Assembly (NCBI GenBank): GCA_033442325.1
Contig: JAWQFM010000006.1
Coordinates: forward strand, 2,002,222 to 2,011,135
DNA from: Salpingoeca rosetta
Lineage: Eukaryota > Protista > Choanoflagellata
Length of the DNA stretch: 8,914 nt
Direction: 5' to 3'
Position 1 is the first letter of the stretch; each line of letters starts with the position of its first letter. A model generated the notes under the pieces. That model did not search any database. It was not told the DNA's origin and saw only the letters and a list, made by a program, of their open reading frames with translations. The position numbers and the translations under genes are program-made. This document shows positions 7,603 to 8,914 of the stretch, in pieces.

Positions 7603-8914
7603 CTTTCATCGCCACCCTCACAGCGCGCATGCGCTGCTTCTTGTGTTTTCTCGATGCTTGCTGCTGCTGCTGCTGCCGCCGCCGCTGGAAAGAGGGTTCG
7701 CGACGAGACGCACGTGGCCAGGGCGTCCTTGCATGCAAGCAAGTCCCGCAGACTTCGCTTCAACGCACCAACACTGGGGCTGCCGCTGTGCCGGCCGTGC
7801 GCGCTGCTGTGCAGCGTGGCCCGTTCAAAGTGCACCTGCAGCACAAGCCCGGCCGTTTCGTCCGGGTACATGGCGTAGTACGACAGCGCCTTGTTGAGGT
7901 GGCTCTCTGCCACCTTGCTCGCCTTGCTGGCAGCAGTGCGTGCTGCCGCCGCCGCCCACCGCCGGTGCACGAGACCAAGGCGATGATGCGCCTCCCCGAG
8001 CTTCAGCGACACAGCGCGACGCATTGCACTGATCCAGGCCGCGTTGTCGTGCCGGCCGGCGGTGGCGGACGCGGACGTGAGGTTGCGGCTGATGTCTGCA
8101 AAGATGGCGATGGCGCTGTTGAGGTACGAGTCCACGTGCGTATCGTCGCGAAGGCCGGGGGCAGCACTCGCCAGCAGCGCCGCAACCCCAAGATGCGTGC
8201 CGCCCAGCTCAAGCTGGATCCGGTCCCACAACTGCGGGTGCACGGCGCGGCGCGCAAGGCAGTCCTTCGCCTGCTGGTAGTACTGGATGGCGTGCATGTG
8301 CAGATTGCGGTCAGCGGTTGACGCGACAGCATGGGGACTGGCACCTGCCGTGCCCATGGTGGTGGTGGTGGTGTTGGTGGTGGTTGCTGCTTGTGGCATA
8401 TTGGCATCCGACTGGCTGCGTTGGCTTTCTTGCTGCTGCTGCTGTTGTGGCTGCGGCTGTTGTTGATGCTGTTGCTGTTGTTGTGGCTGCGGCTGTTGTT
8501 GATGCTGTTGCTGTGTGGGTTGTGCCTGCCTGCTGCCGTGTGCGTGGTGCAGGGTCTGGCTGGCCAACTCTCGCCGCAGTTCCCCCAGCAGTGTCGTGCG
8601 CCACGGCCCGCTCCCAGATGCAGCCGCCTCCAGCCGTTGCCGTTGCCGCTGCCCGCTATCACCACCACCACCACCACCACCACCATCACCATCACCACCA
8701 CCACCACCACCACTACCATCATCACCATCACCACCATCGCCATCGTCGTCGTTGGTGCTGGCTTTCGTGTCCGTGTGGGCGTCGGGTTGTTCTGATGCTG
8801 ATGGCCGTGCTGACTTGTCCTTACTTGCATCGTGCACTGCGCCACTGCCACCACCATCGCCACCACCACCGCCACGACGCCGCGCACGCTGTGCTGCGCG
8901 CGTAGCTGATGCGC
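7603..8914 (-). CDS. EDRF1: Internal exon of an erythroid differentiation regulatory factor 1 (EDRF1)-like TPR protein; extends beyond the right edge
   Basis: The frame is open from the window edge to donor AAG|gta at 7602. HAIQYYQQAKDCLARRAVHPQLWDRIQLELGGTHLGVAALL, EAHHRLGLVH and AESHLNKALSYY...LVLQVHFER match, as I recall them, the metazoan EDRF1 C-terminal segments KAIDYYLKAL..HPAVWDSVNWELSTT, IHHRLASMYH and ADLHYSKA..LLRVQLER. Confidence 0.8.
8443..8514. repeat. Perfect 36-nt tandem duplication in the EDRF1 poly-Q region
   Basis: tgttgtggctgcggctgttgttgatgctgttgctgt occurs at 8443-8478 and 8479-8514. Confidence 0.9.

Noticed and set aside
6987-8321. 444-aa plus-strand ORF, and overlapping ORFs at 8003-8905
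   Set aside because: It spans an N gap and is an off-frame or antisense shadow of the Sushi-EGF and EDRF1 exons.

Overview
This is eukaryotic, intron-rich DNA with (GT)n/(CA)n/(CT)n-filled introns, poly-Q/G/T coding tracts and two 100-N gaps. The style is typical of a choanoflagellate such as Salpingoeca rosetta, which is an inference. Most ORFs in the track are microsatellite artefacts. Reading exon by exon gives four real units. (1) Minus strand, ~162-2633, continuing off the left edge: a spliced but heavily frameshifted and deleted copper-transporting P1B-ATPase (ATP7/CopA-like) pseudogene. (2) Plus strand, ~3036-6457: a multi-exon Mutator (MULE) transposase-derived sequence with an N-terminal MuDR/WRKY-like Zn DNA-binding domain, a SWIM finger, a PP-x-GRP motif, an RG/RGG tract, a long low-complexity tail and a possible half RING finger. 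It has no DDE catalytic core and no visible TIRs. (3) Plus strand, 7081-7499: an exon encoding a Sushi/CCP-like module followed by a calcium-binding EGF-like start, cut by a gap. (4) Minus strand, 7603->8914: a long open exon of an EDRF1 orthologue with a large low-complexity insertion. I see no clear new system. The most notable points are the intron-bearing, catalytically gutted MULE between two host-gene fragments and the unusual decay spectrum of the ATPase copy. All protein identifications are by motif recognition, not database search.
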